A stretch of 64,000 bases of DNA from the human T2T-CHM13v2.0 reference genome, Homo sapiens. Of this stretch, positions 1 through 15,030 are shown in pieces. The notes under the pieces were generated by a model. The model did no database searches, was not told the origin of the DNA, and saw only the letters and a program-made list of their open reading frames with translations. The stretch lies in NCBI RefSeq assembly GCF_009914755.1, contig NC_060930.1; one strand, 5' to 3'. Each line of letters begins with the position of its first letter. Position 1 is the first letter of the stretch. A program made the position numbers and the translations under genes.

Positions 1-16
1 ATACTTCCAGAGGGTG

Positions 17-46
17 GTGTGTGTGTGTGTGTGCATGTATGTGTGT
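17..46. repeat. (TG)n microsatellite, imperfect
   Basis: Run gtgtgtgtgtgtgtgtgcatgtatgtgtgt. Confidence 0.9.
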
Positions 47-1160
47 TTTCAGGTGTCTTTGCCAGTGTTGATGCCTGTAAGGTCCTGGCTTCTTGGTCTT
101 GCCTCAGCCTTATCCTGACCCCTCTGTGGTCAAGACCCATAATATAACAATAGACAGAGCTCCCACTAGCTGGTAGAGTCTGGAACTGATCTTGCTACTG
201 TGGTTCTCTGAGGGCCAGGATGAGCCTTGGGCTCCTGTGAGTATCTGGAGCTACAGCCTTCCCACCCGTTTTGAGTTTGTGCAACCCATGGGACTAGGCA
301 GCTGCCTCACTTTCCTGATTTGTACTTTTGCTCTCCATTCAAGGCCTGGAACCCTGTTTCTCTCAAGCTCCTTGGCTGACACCCAACACACAGCCTAGCT
401 CTTGCCTGTGGCTCCCTTCTTTCTGGGCCACTAAACTCTATGCCCTGACCCCTTGGCTGCTGTGTGCACCTGTCCATGAGCATTTCCTGGAGACTTCAAC
501 TGCAACAACCCACCCACCAAGTCAGACTCCCCCTGGGTGCTGAAATCACCAGGCATCTTTGACCCCAATTGGGTCACTTTCATCAGGAACAAACCCTAGG
601 ATGGCTTACCCAAATTTCTTTATTTGCTGTCTAATGTTTTGAGCCATTTGTTTTTCTCTTTCACTTAAAACTCCTACCCTTTACTGAGCACTGGGTTAAA
701 CTGTGGTAGGGCAATCAGTGACAACATTTTAGTTAATTGCTTAGCAATGTTGTTTAAAAGGAATGAAAACTTCAGATTACACTCAAACTTTCCTGTAAAT
801 GGCTCAGTACCACCTGACACAAATTTGCCCTCACATTATAGCCTTCTAATCCTTGTCAGCAGGAAGGAAAAGAAAAGAATAAACAACCAAAGGAGATTTA
901 TTAATATCATGTTTTCTTCTCTCAGAGAAGAAAGCGCAAAAAAAAGTGGTATCCTCTCATCCACTAATGGTTAGATGTTGGCTTCGATATGTTTTCATCT
1001 GGATCGGAACAAGTGTTCGGGGTACATCTTGCTGCCTTCAAATATCAGATAATAACCCCTCTTTGTGATAACAGAATGGGAAAGCCTATGGTGATATTTT
1101 GCCCAAAGTGACATGTACGGGGGGGATTATTTGAAAAGCAAAAAGGCACATTTGCCTAAC

Positions 1161-1180
1161 AGACAAGCTTGGACAAGTTC
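1161..1180. promoter_or_regulatory. Perfect p53/p63/p73 response element (two half-sites, no spacer)
   Basis: AGACAAGCTT GGACAAGTTC matches RRRCWWGYYY twice with no mismatch, in non-repeat sequence. Function not shown. Confidence 0.55.
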
Positions 1181-1496
1181 AAGTGGCAGAAGAAAAATCC
1201 TCAGAAAGGTGTTTTGCGACATGCCTAGCCATTAGTCTCTAATGTCACTTTTTTCTCAGAAAAAAAAAAAAGAACACTGTTTTTGAGATTGTTTCATAAT
1301 GAGCACATTGTATTGAAGGGCAGTGAAAGAATCACAAACCTTGTTTCAATCCCAGCTGTCAGCTCTCCACTGGAAGGATGCCATTTACTTATTCTTGGAC
1401 TGGATCCTAGATGTAAAAAAAAGGAAAGAAAGAAAAAGCGTGTGTAGCTACCAATCAGTGTGAATTGAACATTATTATCTACTAGCCTCTTCCTAG

Positions 1497-1895
1497 CAGT
1501 TTACAGCAGTATCAAATTCCTACCAGAGATGCAGATGAGTAAGGAGCAGGGGCTGCATGCTCAGCCTGTTCAGGTGCTGGGCAGGGAAGTGAATGGGCGA
1601 GGTTACCAGTGGCAATGCCTGTAAGGAAGAGAGCAGATGCCTCATCTGCTGGTCTGATGGGCCAGATGCTGCTCAGCCCCAGCCTGCTCAGGCCACATAG
1701 AAAGGCCAGCCCAATGTTGACAAACACTCTGAGGCTTTGCAAGAGAAGGTGGAAGGAAATTTGAATATTTATGATAATTCTCCAGATTTTTAAATGTTGG
1801 CAATTGACTTAAAGAATTTCCAAACCCCCGGCAAGCCCAACAAGACACATATGGGTGCCAGATGCAACCCTTAGACATCTAGTTTGTGAGCTGCG
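1497..1895. mobile_element. MER102-like hAT-Charlie DNA transposon fossil
   Basis: Motifs ctccagatttttaaatgttggcaa and gccagatg...agtttgtgagc resemble MER102. Confidence 0.6.
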
Positions 1896-2229
1896 TTCTA
1901 GAGCATGAGGAAGAGGGAGGAGAGAGGGCCATATGGCCGGCTGGGTGAGTTCCTGCAGAGTTGACCTGCACACCCCAGAGAATGTCATCTACAGGGTGAT
2001 AGGGGTTACTCAGGAAAGCAAAGACACTCTTCAATCAGGTCAAAACTGATCATGTTGGGCACAGTCCTTTACTTAAGTTTATCTGTAGTACATATGTATA
2101 CTAAGCTATATGTAGCACATATTTAATACTTTATTTAATATACATATATTTACATATAAAAATATACCAGCCCTTTGTATCAGTGAATATATATGCATTT
2201 ATACATATTCAATGAAATGGTCTTTCACT

Positions 2230-2540
2230 CATTGTTTATCCCTATATGCAACACCACTCACATTGCCTTGCACATAAAAGGGAGCCATTAAATGTTTGTT
2301 AAATTTATTTTTAAAAAATACTTATTGAGCTAATATATGCCAGGAACTGTTCTAGGAATCTGAGATAAATTACTGAGCAAGGCAGGCAAAGCTCTCAGTC
2401 CTTGAGGGAGTAGAGTTCCAGTGGTGGACAATCAGACAATCAATAATGAACATAATAAATAAGTAAATTATATTTTGTGATAGAAAGTAGTAAGTGCTAC
2501 AGAAAGAAAAGTAAAGTAGGATAAAGGGAACTGGGATTAC
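2230..2540. mobile_element. Two L2 3' ends tail-to-tail (+ about 2230-2304, - about 2305-2540)
   Basis: gcacata...aaatgtttgttaaat followed by atacttattgagc...tgccaggaactgttctagg. Confidence 0.7.
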
Positions 2541-3284
2541 TGGAAGAGGTACTTCTTGTGGTATTAAATTGGGTGAAATTTTGTATTTTAAAAAGCTAAG
2601 TATGCTGATAGCTAATATTAGTCCAATTTTAGTCGAATATTTAATATAACTAAAGTGACTCCTAATTTCAAATCTTTTTATTTTGGTGTTCATATACCTA
2701 CTAGTTGGCAATCAAATAATCAAAAGAAAAGAGTATTTGTTCATTTATTCAGCTTTTCTTTACTGAACATCTTTTAGATGCAAACTGCCAAGTCAAGCAT
2801 CAGGCACAGAAGGGAGGACATGGCAGAGACAGTGAGAGAAGACCTTGGTAACACACAAGCCTCAGGAACATAAACTTCTGTATAGAGATATTGGCCTTTT
2901 CTCTGCCCCATTCCCCAGGTCCTTATTAAGGACCAGCTTGGCTTTCATCATTCTTCAGAGTAGTTGAATTCAGGGAGGAAAGCAACCTTACAGCCTGTCT
3001 TCCCACCAATCCACGTCCATCGGGAGCCATGTCTATCCATCCCCATGGACTTGGGCTGCCTCCTGTGCAATTCACTCCATCTGGCCAGAAACATAAGACC
3101 ATGGAAGGATTACGTCAATGTGGTCTCCCAGTGTGATCCCAGAAGCCAAGGCTCTCATAACTTTGTGATTCTCCCTCATAACAATATAATTTAATGTGCA
3201 TATATTATTTAATTCCCTCCAGAATGATACATGGTGTGTGATGGTAGAGACAGGGCAATGACAAGACTAAAGATATATGTCCTT

Positions 3285-3615
3285 CACATTTTACAGGATT
3301 CTTGTGAGAATCAAATGAGCTACGGTAAGGAAGAGCTCTCTAAACTTGAAAGTGCTCTTATAATAATTTCAACAAGAGCTAACACTTACCAAGTTGTTAC
3401 CACATGTCAACAGCGGTTCTACTTTATGTATACTAACTCAGTTAAGGCTCACAGCAGTCTATGAGGTGGGTGGTATTATTTTTCCCATTTTCTGAATAAG
3501 GAAGTCCAGACACAGGAGGTTCAATGACTTGCCCAAAGTCACACAGTTATCTAGTGGCATAGCCAGGAATCTACCCAAGCTATCTGACTCCAGAAACAAA
3601 GCATTTAACTCCACT
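3285..3615. mobile_element. MIR fragments (main copy on - strand, about 3370-3615)
   Basis: MIR core cccattttctgaataaggaagt...gacttgcccaaagtcacacag. Confidence 0.8.
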
Positions 3616-4529
3616 TGTAAATGCTACTACATGATTTATACAAGCATGGTCCATTCCATAATATTCATTATCTTCAATATGCAAAGCACCAAGCTAAGTA
3701 GCATGAGAAATATAGAGAGTAAACTAAACCTTCAAGAAGCTAATGAATTTATAGATGAACATTAAAGTCATTAAAAGCACGTTTGTGTACATGGACACCA
3801 TACATCCACTCCCGTGCTATTTCTTGACTCATACTCCTTACCATCAGTAAAACACACATGAGAGTCCTTAAATTAGAGGAAGATAGTTCACATATGAGAG
3901 GGCAGAACCAAGCTCAGTGGTCTAGGGGTTCTTGTGAACAGGAGGAGTTATAGATAGCAATAGATGTTAGACAGCTAGAACCTAAATCTTCCACCACCAA
4001 TGGCCACTCCAGAGATGGCTTTTGAATTGGAGGCAGAAGTAGACAGACATTTCTGTGGCATGTCTTCAATGTCACATTTGAAATTAGATCAATGTGACAA
4101 CCTCCCAAGTGATGCCAAGGAATAGTACACATTCCAAGAGAGCTAGCTTCCTTCAAAGAGGGGTAAGGGGAGGATGTAGGAGGATCCTCACAAATACGTG
4201 TTTGCCTCACTCCCACTCCCCAAACACTCTGGTCCAAGCTGCTTTGGGGCCTTTACTGGTCTTTGTGAGGTGGAAGAAAGTGCTGGTTGAAGCCCTTCAG
4301 GGGTTCATTTAAAATTCATCCCCCAGGTAACAATAAAACACTGATTTCTAAAAAATATTCATTAAAGCATCAATGCACTTGATTTCATTATTTTACTTCT
4401 TAAAACCCCCAGTGAACATTCTATTATGGTTGGTCTCCTTCAGTGATCCACTGCTGAAGTCTTTCTGCAATCCAAAAATTTTTAAATGTAAATTCTAATG
4501 TGTATCACTATCTGCATATCACAATAAGG

Positions 4530-4709
4530 AAAAACAAACAATGATCTGCTTTAATTCTGTAGGTATTTGAAGACATGCCAAGTTAGGAAGTGGTTAGAAA
4601 GGTGGCTGTAAGATAAGAGTTGTGCAGCTCAGATTTGGATCTCTAAAATGCACTGTGAAGAAGCCCCCAAGGGTCTAATTCATTCAGGACTGTTCCAGAA
4701 AGGTCAAGT
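4530..4709 (-). other. Candidate terminal exon of a minus-strand transcript
   Basis: Acceptor ctaagttttcttcgttttcAG at 4711-4710; ATTAAA at 4555-4550 followed by GT-rich ttgtttgttttt. Confidence 0.25.
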
Positions 4710-5857
4710 CTGAAAACGAAGAAAACTTAGAGCCCTCAGTGTCCACCCTGATTCCTTGTTTCTTTCTCAAACTGTACGGGGGCCAAACAATGTTAGCCTT
4801 CTCGAAACAAATGATTACCGAAAATAAGAAGTCTCTTACAAAAACAAATTCAGATGAACCCCTCCATGGCAAACATAAACTGAACCTCCCAAATCTCTGG
4901 GCCACTATCACAGCAAATGGGACAACCCAACAGCAGTGATCCAGAGAAACAGTGGACTATCCCAAGTGGGCGGTACTAAGTCCTGGAGAAGCTGAATTGA
5001 TTCCTCAAGATGCTTGGTTCCACCTGGCCTAAACTCATGGGAATCAGGGGAGCCATCTAAGTAAATGAGGATTTTTGTGCTGGTCTACCAGCGTAGTTTC
5101 AATTGTTTCATTTAAAAATCTTAAGGTCTTCCTGTAAAGAATCCTCAGATATTTATACCCAACTATTCTCGAAAATCCCTGAACTCAAAAAGCAAATTTT
5201 AGCTTCTGAGAGTTCTCATGTAAATCACAAATAAATGTTTTCTCAAAGAAACTGTACACCACCACCACCACCTCTCCCCACACCCTTGTTGGGAGATAAT
5301 ACACATTAAGTATCTTTTTTATTTGCCAAAAATATTCTGAATCACCTTTAGGTGGCTCAACACATGCTTGCATTGACTGGTTTACATCTAGCAAACCTGA
5401 ATTCTATCTAACGCTAAATGCTATTTTAAGCTAGCAAACCACTAGCTTTATTGGGCCAGGGGAGATTGATGGGGAATCTTTCAGTCTGGTGTTCAAAAAT
5501 ATTTTACATTCATAAAGAAAGACGGAAACCCTACACACCAAATGGCAATTGCCCTAATTTCAATATTTACCAAAAATGACAACAGATGAAAACAAAGGAG
5601 TAAGGCTTTGTTTTCAAACCTTACTCAATTTTCTCAATATGTATGTATGCCTGCAGTTTAGGTCACGAACCACAATCTACATTTTCTATTTGTCTCTTAA
5701 TTCCAATCTCGAAATTCCTCACTATCCAATATGCAAGTTGTGTCCTCCAGAATTAGGTAAGAAGCTATCTTTTTTGGTGGCGTGTAGGAAAGTGTAAAGC
5801 CTGTCATGACAGGTAATCTGATACTGCTAAAATCAGACGGATAAGAAAGGGAAAAAA

Positions 5858-6162
5858 GGCTGGGCGCAGTGGCTCACATCTGTAATCCCAGAACTTTGAG
5901 AGGCCAAGGTGAGCAGATCACTTGAGGTCAGAAGTTCAAGACTAACCTGGCCAGCATGGTGAAACCCCATCTCTATCAAAAAATACAAAAATTAGCCCAG
6001 CGTGGTGGCATGCACCTATAGTCCCAGCTACTCAGGAGGCTGAGACATGAGAATGCCTTGATCTCGGGAGGCAGAGGTTGCAGTGAGCCAAAATCTCACC
6101 ACTGCATTCCAGCCCGGGCAACAGAGTGAAATCCTGTCTCAAAAAAAAAACAAAAAAAACAA
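5858..6162 (+). mobile_element. AluS (Sz-like), full length
   Basis: Dimeric Alu with A-rich linker and tail; no clear TSD. Confidence 0.95.
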
Positions 6163-6339
6163 GACTGTTACTTCACCCTAAAAAACTGACATGACTGCTT
6201 GAAATGATTGATTATGGAGCTAAAGATTCGTCTGTTCATGTTCACTGCTTAGTAAGTCACTTGCTTAATTGCATTTGAATAACTAAATTGAATGTTTTTT
6301 CCTTTATATAGCTTTATTGTTGATACTGACTTCTAATTA

Positions 6340-7620
<1,281 letters not shown>

Positions 7621-7630
7621 TTACTAATGA

Positions 7631-7938
<308 letters not shown>

Positions 7939-8139
7939 GAAACACTTCCTTCTATCACACAAAAAGCAACAAGTACCAAACATTTACAAAAAATATACTT
8001 TTTTTTTTGAAGAGGTGCAATAATTTCTCTCAGTAAATTAAACAAGTAATAAAAAGTCTTTTGTGTTAATGATAATGTTTTGGAATACCCAATATTTTAT
8101 GTTTGCTAAAATACTATTTTCCACATAGTATCTCTCCCT

Positions 8140-8275
8140 TGAGCCATAGTTGATAAATAGGGCAAATATTGTTATTATTCCCATTTTATGGATAAGGAAA
8201 ATGAAGTTCAAGGCTCAGTGTGTCCAGGGTAACAAAGGTAATAACTTGCATTGCCCAGATTCAAAATTTCTGATG
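8140..8275 (-). mobile_element. MIR fragment
   Basis: attattcccattttatggataaggaaaatgaag core. Confidence 0.7.
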
Positions 8276-8299
8276 GAAAATTAATTCACTATATTAATA

Positions 8300-8393
8300 T
8301 TATAAGTTGAAATATTGTAAGCCTAAATATTGTAAGTTGAAAACGAATTTATTACATCTAAACTATCAAACATCATAGTTTAGCATAGCCTAC
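8300..8393 (+). mobile_element. MER47A-like fragment
   Basis: aaatattgtaagttgaaaa...aacatcatagtttagcatagcctac matches about 9100-9174 of the neighbouring full copy. Confidence 0.7.
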
Positions 8394-8672
8394 TAAGTCA
8401 CATGACTGCTTAGTAGATCATTTAATTTTCTCTGTATTTCTAATAATTTGCCTGACATGAAATAATCTCTCTCGTGATTCTAGTTTTATTCCTCATCCAT
8501 TTACCAAAAGCCAAAGTGCTTCTTAGTGAAGTAGCCTAAAATATTATTTGGCAAATTTTTTTCTTGTTTGAATATTTTTATGTTTGATGCCAATTTTTCT
8601 TTGTTTTTAATCTGGCAAAACCTACCGATAGCTCCTCAGTGTGTTAAAACAAGTCCACTCAAGGTGGCTTAC

Positions 8673-8744
8673 CTTTGCTCCCAGGTAATTAAAACAACAC
8701 TATAATACCTGGGTCACCTTTGACTTTGTATTCAATGTCTTCAT
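8673..8744 (-). other. Candidate internal non-coding exon (72 nt)
   Basis: tttttcttaactttctaactttcaAG|ATGAAG...GCAAAG|GTAAGC; stops in all frames. Confidence 0.35.
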
Positions 8745-9049
8745 CTTGAAAGTTAGAAAGTTAAGAAAAAAGAGGAGGGGGCTACATGATGAATGTGAAT
8801 CCAACTATACCGTGGATTTAGAGTCGTGCTCTGAAATCAAGCACAGTTTTCTTTAATAAGGAATATTTTAGTAGAAGAACTAAGGACTTCAGACTCTATA
8901 CAACTTCTGAATTTTCCAGAATGCCTCCACTAACTTCTATTCCTTGGTGTTGAGCATGACCTATCTACTCTCCCAATCCAGCTGTTAATCTGACATAGTG
9001 TTTCCCAGCTCACCTAGAAATACGTCAAAAGCCATAGTTCAAAATGATA

Positions 9050-9424
9050 CACGGATGCTCCTCGATTTATGATGGGATTACATCTTAATAAACGCATCAT
9101 AAATTGAAAATATTGTGAGCTGAAATGCATTTGCTACACATAACCTATCGAACACCTTACTTTAGCCTAGCCTACTTAAATGTGCTCAGAACATTTACAT
9201 ACATTTGCCCAGCCTACAGTTGGGCAAAATAATCTAACACAAAGCCTATTTCATAATAAAGTATTGAATATTTCACATAACTTATTGAATACTATAGTAA
9301 AAGTGAAAAACAGAATGGTTGGATATGTGCTCAAAGGACAGTTTCTACTGAATACATATCACTTTTGCACCATCATAAAGTTGAAAAATCATAGGTTGAA
9401 CCATCATAAGTGAGGGATCATATG
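9050..9424 (+). mobile_element. MER47A (TcMar-Tigger MITE), full length
   Basis: Begins gatgctcctcgatttatgatgg and ends cataagtgagggatcatatg; flanked by TA; about 370 bp. Confidence 0.8.
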
Positions 9425-9591
9425 TAATTGCTTTCAAAGAACATAGTACTACAGTGATTCAAAAAATGTCTGTGATGGTCCTAGAATAGTTGCTAAAATA
9501 AGTGTCAACTATTCTCGTTGATTAGAAAAATCTGCCATGTTTGGGTGACTTTTTAGAATTTGGAAACTGAGGTCTTTAATTCATAACAAAT

Positions 9592-10170
9592 GGTGTTAGG
9601 TTTTTTTGTGTGTGTTTTTGTGTTTTGTTTTGGGTTTTGCTGCCATAAAAAATTATAGCAAATTTAGTGGCTTAAAACAATACAATTGCATTGTCTTAGA
9701 GTTCTGTGGGCCAGAAGTCCAGTATGGGTTTTACTGAACTAAAATCATGGTGTTGGCAGGCCATATGCCTTTCTGGAGGCTCTAGGGGAGAATCTATTTC
9801 CTACTCATTAGGGTTGTTGGCAGAATTCAGTTCCTTTTGGTTACAGGTTATAGGCTGAGGTAGTTGTTTCTTTGCTGGCTGTCAGCTGAGGGCTATTCCC
9901 AGCCTTTAGAGGTCCCATTCCTGCATCTTCAAAGCCAACACTGGTGGGTTGAGCCCCTCTAATATTGAATCTCTTTGACCTTCTCAATCTCCTCCACTTT
10001 TAAGGTCTCATGTGATTAGATTGAGCCTACCTGTATAATTTCCCCACTCAAATTCTGTAGCCTTAATCACATCTGCCAAGTGCCTTGTGCTCTGTAAGAA
10101 AACATGCTCACAAATTCCAGAGGTTAGGATGTGGACACCTTTGAAAAGCCATTAGTCTTTCTACTATGCC
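9592..10170 (-). mobile_element. MaLR solo LTR (MLT1D/E-like)
   Basis: agtggcttaaaacaa...ttctggaggctctaggggagaatc...ggttaggatgtggaca. Confidence 0.8.
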
Positions 10171-10370
10171 AATTTTACATATCCCTGGCTGAACGATAAT
10201 TTCCCATATTGAAGAGAATAAGCTTATGAAAAGATTTGTAATAAATAAAATTTTATGACTGGTGAATGAATTTTACAGAACTTATGTTGAAATGTATTCT
10301 TTGCTTCATTTATGTTTCATTCTCATCTGCTACCAGTAGTCTATATGAAGAGATGAAAAAAATAAGTCAA

Positions 10371-10782
10371 TGCTATGAGCTCACATTCACATGTTGAAGC
10401 CCTAAGCCCCAGTGTGATTATATTTGGAGATGGGGCCTTTGGGAGGTAATCAGGTTTAGATGAGGTCATGAGAGTGAGGTCTTCATGATGAGATTAGTGT
10501 CCCTTAAAAAAGAGATACCAGAAAGCAAGAGCTTGCTCTCTCGTGCGCACTCTCTCAGTTTCTCTTTCTGTGTCTCTCTCTCCTCCTCCCTTTCTCTGTC
10601 ATGTGAGGACACAGAGAGAAGGCAGCTGTCTGCAAGTGAGGAAGTAGGCCCTCATCAGAATTCAACCACGCTGGCACTCTGATCTTAGACATCTAGCTTC
10701 CAGAACGATGGGAAATAAATTGTTTTTTGTTTAAACCACACAGTCTGTAATATTTTGTTTGGCAGTAAGAGCAGACTGAAAC
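10371..10782 (+). mobile_element. MaLR solo LTR (MLT1A-like)
   Basis: TG...CA ends; atgttgaagccctaa, atgtgaggacacag, aataaa, gcagactgaaaca. Confidence 0.85.
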
Positions 10783-11172
10783 AGAAAAGTCGATATAAAC
10801 AAAAGACATACATCCCCTATTTTCAATTTAAGGAAATGTAGTTTCACAATGGAGGTGGCATAACCCCTTTCAAAAAGCAATAAACTTTAGCTTCCATTAG
10901 ATATCCTCTTATTTAATCACTGATTTTTACTAGGTAAGAGCAGAAAAATCTTACCTAACTATATTGAGATTTTCTAAAATCCACTATCACTAGAATGGTT
11001 TGAGACCTTCAAAATATTATTTATAATAATGATTGCCTCTTCTATATGATTATAGATCAGGACCCTGTCAAGTAGCAGTAATAATGTCAAGGAGTAATTT
11101 CTTTGAATGTGAAACTAAGGCAAACTATATAAAACTTGCACTAATTTTTAAGGCTTAACAATTAATTTCTCA

Positions 11173-11481
<309 letters not shown>

Positions 11482-11675
11482 AATTGATTTATCTTCTTCC
11501 ACTGCACACAGAATAATTTTCATGAGTTTCATGCATGGAACAGTGAGGATGGCTAATAAACTGATTTATCTATGTGTTTCAAATTTTAAAATCTAAAAAA
11601 TATTGCTTATTTATTTGCTTTTTTAAAGATCAGGGCGATCTGTCAATAACATGATGGCAGGATAAAAAGAATAAA

Positions 11676-12004
<329 letters not shown>

Positions 12005-12031
12005 CTAATATCAGGGACCCAGGAAGGTCCT

Positions 12032-12475
12032 TTTGGTAGATAGTTCTAAAAATTATACATCAGTTTCTGTCTTTGGTGTACAACATGCCATTCCCTCAGC
12101 TGAGAGGCAGAGTTTATTTTTTCTCCCCTTGAATCTGGACTGGCCTTGCAACTACCTTGACCAAAAGAATACAGCGAAAATAATATTCTGTGTACTTCTA
12201 AGTCCAGACCTTAAGAAGATTGGCAGCTTCTACTTCCTTCCTCTTAGAATATTCTTCCCTGGAACTCAGCCACCAATCAGTGAAGAAGCCCAAACAGCTA
12301 CATGGAGAGGCTCACATGGAGAAGAACCCAGGCCCTTGGCCAACAGCTTCAACTTAGCTCCCATATGGCAGCCAGAATCAACTGCCAGCCACATGTCTGA
12401 GGCCATCTGGACCCTCAAGCCATCCTAGCACCCCAGGCAACACCACATGAAGCAGAAGGATTGTCCTATCCAACT
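12032..12475 (+). mobile_element. MaLR LTR (MLT1F/G-like), 3'-truncated
   Basis: ccccttgaatctgga, ggcagcttctacttcc, catggagaggctcacatggagaagaac. Confidence 0.75.
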
Positions 12476-12479
12476 AAAA

Positions 12480-15030
12480 TGGGAGAAAAAAAAAATAAAA
12501 GCAAGGTAAGAAGGAAGGTGAGCATTACAGTTTTAAATAGAGTATCCAGGGGAGACCTCATGAGAAAGATGAACGAGGGAGTGAGCCCTATCAATATCTG
12601 GAGGAAGAGTGTAGCAGGCAGAGGGAACAGCCAGTGCAAAAGGCCCTAATCTATGAGCACCTGGCATGTTTGAGATAATCAGTGAAGCCAGTGTAGTTTC
12701 AAAAAGGTGATCAAGAAGAGGAGTGGTCCAAGAGGTAACACAGGTTCATAGAAGGTGGGGATCTAGAGTGGGATAAATGCGGGACCCCCAAAAGATATGC
12801 CCAAATCCTAACTCCTGGAACCTGTAAATGTGACCTTATTTGGAAAAGGAGTTTTTACAAATGCAAATAATTTAATCATCTCAAAATGAGATGATCCTGG
12901 ATTATCCAGGGGCTTAAATACAATAACAAGTGTCCTTATAAGAGAAAAGAGAGGGCTGTGTAAAGTGGGAAGTAGAGATCAGTTTCACTGCCACAGGCCA
13001 AGGAACACCAGGAGTCACAAGAAGCTGAAAGAGGCAAGGAAGGATTCTCCCCTAGAACTTTCAAAGGGAGCATGCTAACACCTTGGTATTGTACTTCTGG
13101 CCTCCAGAACTGTAAAAGAATATTTCCATTGTTACAAGCCATCCAGTTTGTGATACTTTGTTACAACAGCTCTAGGAAATTAAGGTAGGCTCCATAGGAC
13201 ATTATAAGGACTTTGTTTTTTAATTGGGAAAAATGGGAGCCATTATAGAGTCAGAAAAGAGAAGTTACATCATCTAACTTTCATTTTTTTAAAGATACTA
13301 GGTTGAAAACCAAATGTAGAAACCAGGAGACTAACTGGAAATGATAGCACAGGCCAGTATTGCAGTGTTAGGGACGAGGAATAGTTAGATTATGGATATA
13401 TTTTCAAGGTAGAGAGAATAAAATTTCTTGATAGATTGGACATAGGTTATGAGGGGAAATAAATAGTCAAGGGTGACTCCAAGGTTTTGTATGTAAGCAA
13501 ATGGAAAAATGGAGTTGCCATTGACCAAGATAGGAAAGGTTGAAGGTAAAACAGATTTGGGAGGAAAGATCAGGGACTCTGTATTTGGGGCATATTAAAT
13601 TTGAGATTTCTATTAAATATCCAACTAGATACGTCAGGTATGCAGTTGCATACAAAAATCTGAAGGTCAGGAGAGGTTATGGGCTGAAGATGTTCATTAC
13701 AGTACATCAGCACACAGATGATATTCAAAATCATGAAACTCGGTGAGGTCAACAAGAAAATAAATATAGATAAAGAAAAGAGATCTATAAACAGAACCCA
13801 CAGTACCTGAGGAGTGGAGAGAAATGGAGAAATGGAGAGCAGAACAAGCAGCAAAGGAGACAAAAAAGGAGAAACTGATGAGATAGGAAGAAACCCAAGA
13901 AATTGGGGTATCCTGCAAGCAAAGCAAGGATGTCAAGGAGGGAGTGCTTCCACTTTATTAGATTCATGGGTAGGATAAGTAAGACGAGGACTGAGAATTA
14001 TTGAGTACATTTACCAACAAGGAGGTCACTGGTGGCTTTGACAAGAGCCATCCTGGTGAAGTATTTGGAGCATAAGCCTGACTGAAGTGGACTTAAGAGG
14101 GAATGAGGAAAGAGGATTTGCAGACAGTGAGCACAGAAATATCTTTAGGGTTGTTTTAACACAAGGGGAGCAATGAAATGATATGGCAGCTGGCAGGGGA
14201 AGGAGGATTGAAAGAAAGCCTTCTGAAATTGAAAGAAAAAGTGCATACATATATGCTGATGGTGGCAATTGAGAAGAGTAGGAAAAAATGACAACTTAGA
14301 AGAAAGAAAGGGGACTTGCTGGAGCTATGTCCTTGAGGAAGCAAGATGAGATGAGATCTATGCAAGAGTACAGGGATTGACACAGAGCTCCTACGGTGCA
14401 GACCAAAGGCAGACGAGGTGGATGCTGCCAAGCAGATAGGTAGGGCAGTAGTCATCTGTGCAAGTTCTCTTCTATTTACTTCAATATACTCATGAAGCAG
14501 GAATTGGGGTCCTCACCTGAGAGTCAAGATGGAAGAGGTGGTGTTGGAGTTTGGAGCAAAGAGAGGAGAAGATGTAAAATACATGTCCAGGAGAGTGGGA
14601 GAGTGAATAGCTAGGAAAGTATAGAATGGCTGTCCAGTGGCTGCCAAGTTCTATTTAGTGTGTGTGGTGATGAATTTAAAGGGGTTGAGTTGAGTGTTTT
14701 CTCCAGCCAAGCCCAGCTGCACAGAGCAGGCACCGAGCAGGGTGACTCTTGGACTGAACCAGGGCTCTAGGCTTTCTAAGAGACTTCTACAAAACGAGAG
14801 AGGCGAAGGGTAGCCCAGTGTGTACATAAGGGAACGACATGACAATTGGCCTCAGAATCAAGGTTGTTAAGGAAAGGAGAGAAGCCAACAAGGGGATGCA
14901 GGGTAGTAAAGGGATGGGGGGGACCAGTCGGTAGAAGGTTAGGGATTGTGGGGAGCAAAGGACTGTTGTGGGAGCCAGAAGGAGTAAACATGTAGAAGAA
15001 ACACAAAAGAAAGAATCTTAATGTTATGTT
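12480..15030 (-). mobile_element. Long L2 relic interrupted by an MLT1C LTR
   Basis: caggcagagggaacagccagtgcaaaaggccct, agtcaagggtgactccaaggtttt, ggaggtcactggtggctttgacaagagc. Confidence 0.8.
12762..13187 (+). mobile_element. MaLR solo LTR (MLT1C-like)
   Basis: cccccaaaagatatg, cctggattatcc, ggcaaggaaggattctcccctaga, ctggcctccagaactgt. Confidence 0.85.

Noticed and set aside
1006-1019. Steroid receptor element ggaaca-ag-tgttcg
   Set aside because: The spacer is 2 nt, not the 3 nt required for GRE/ARE
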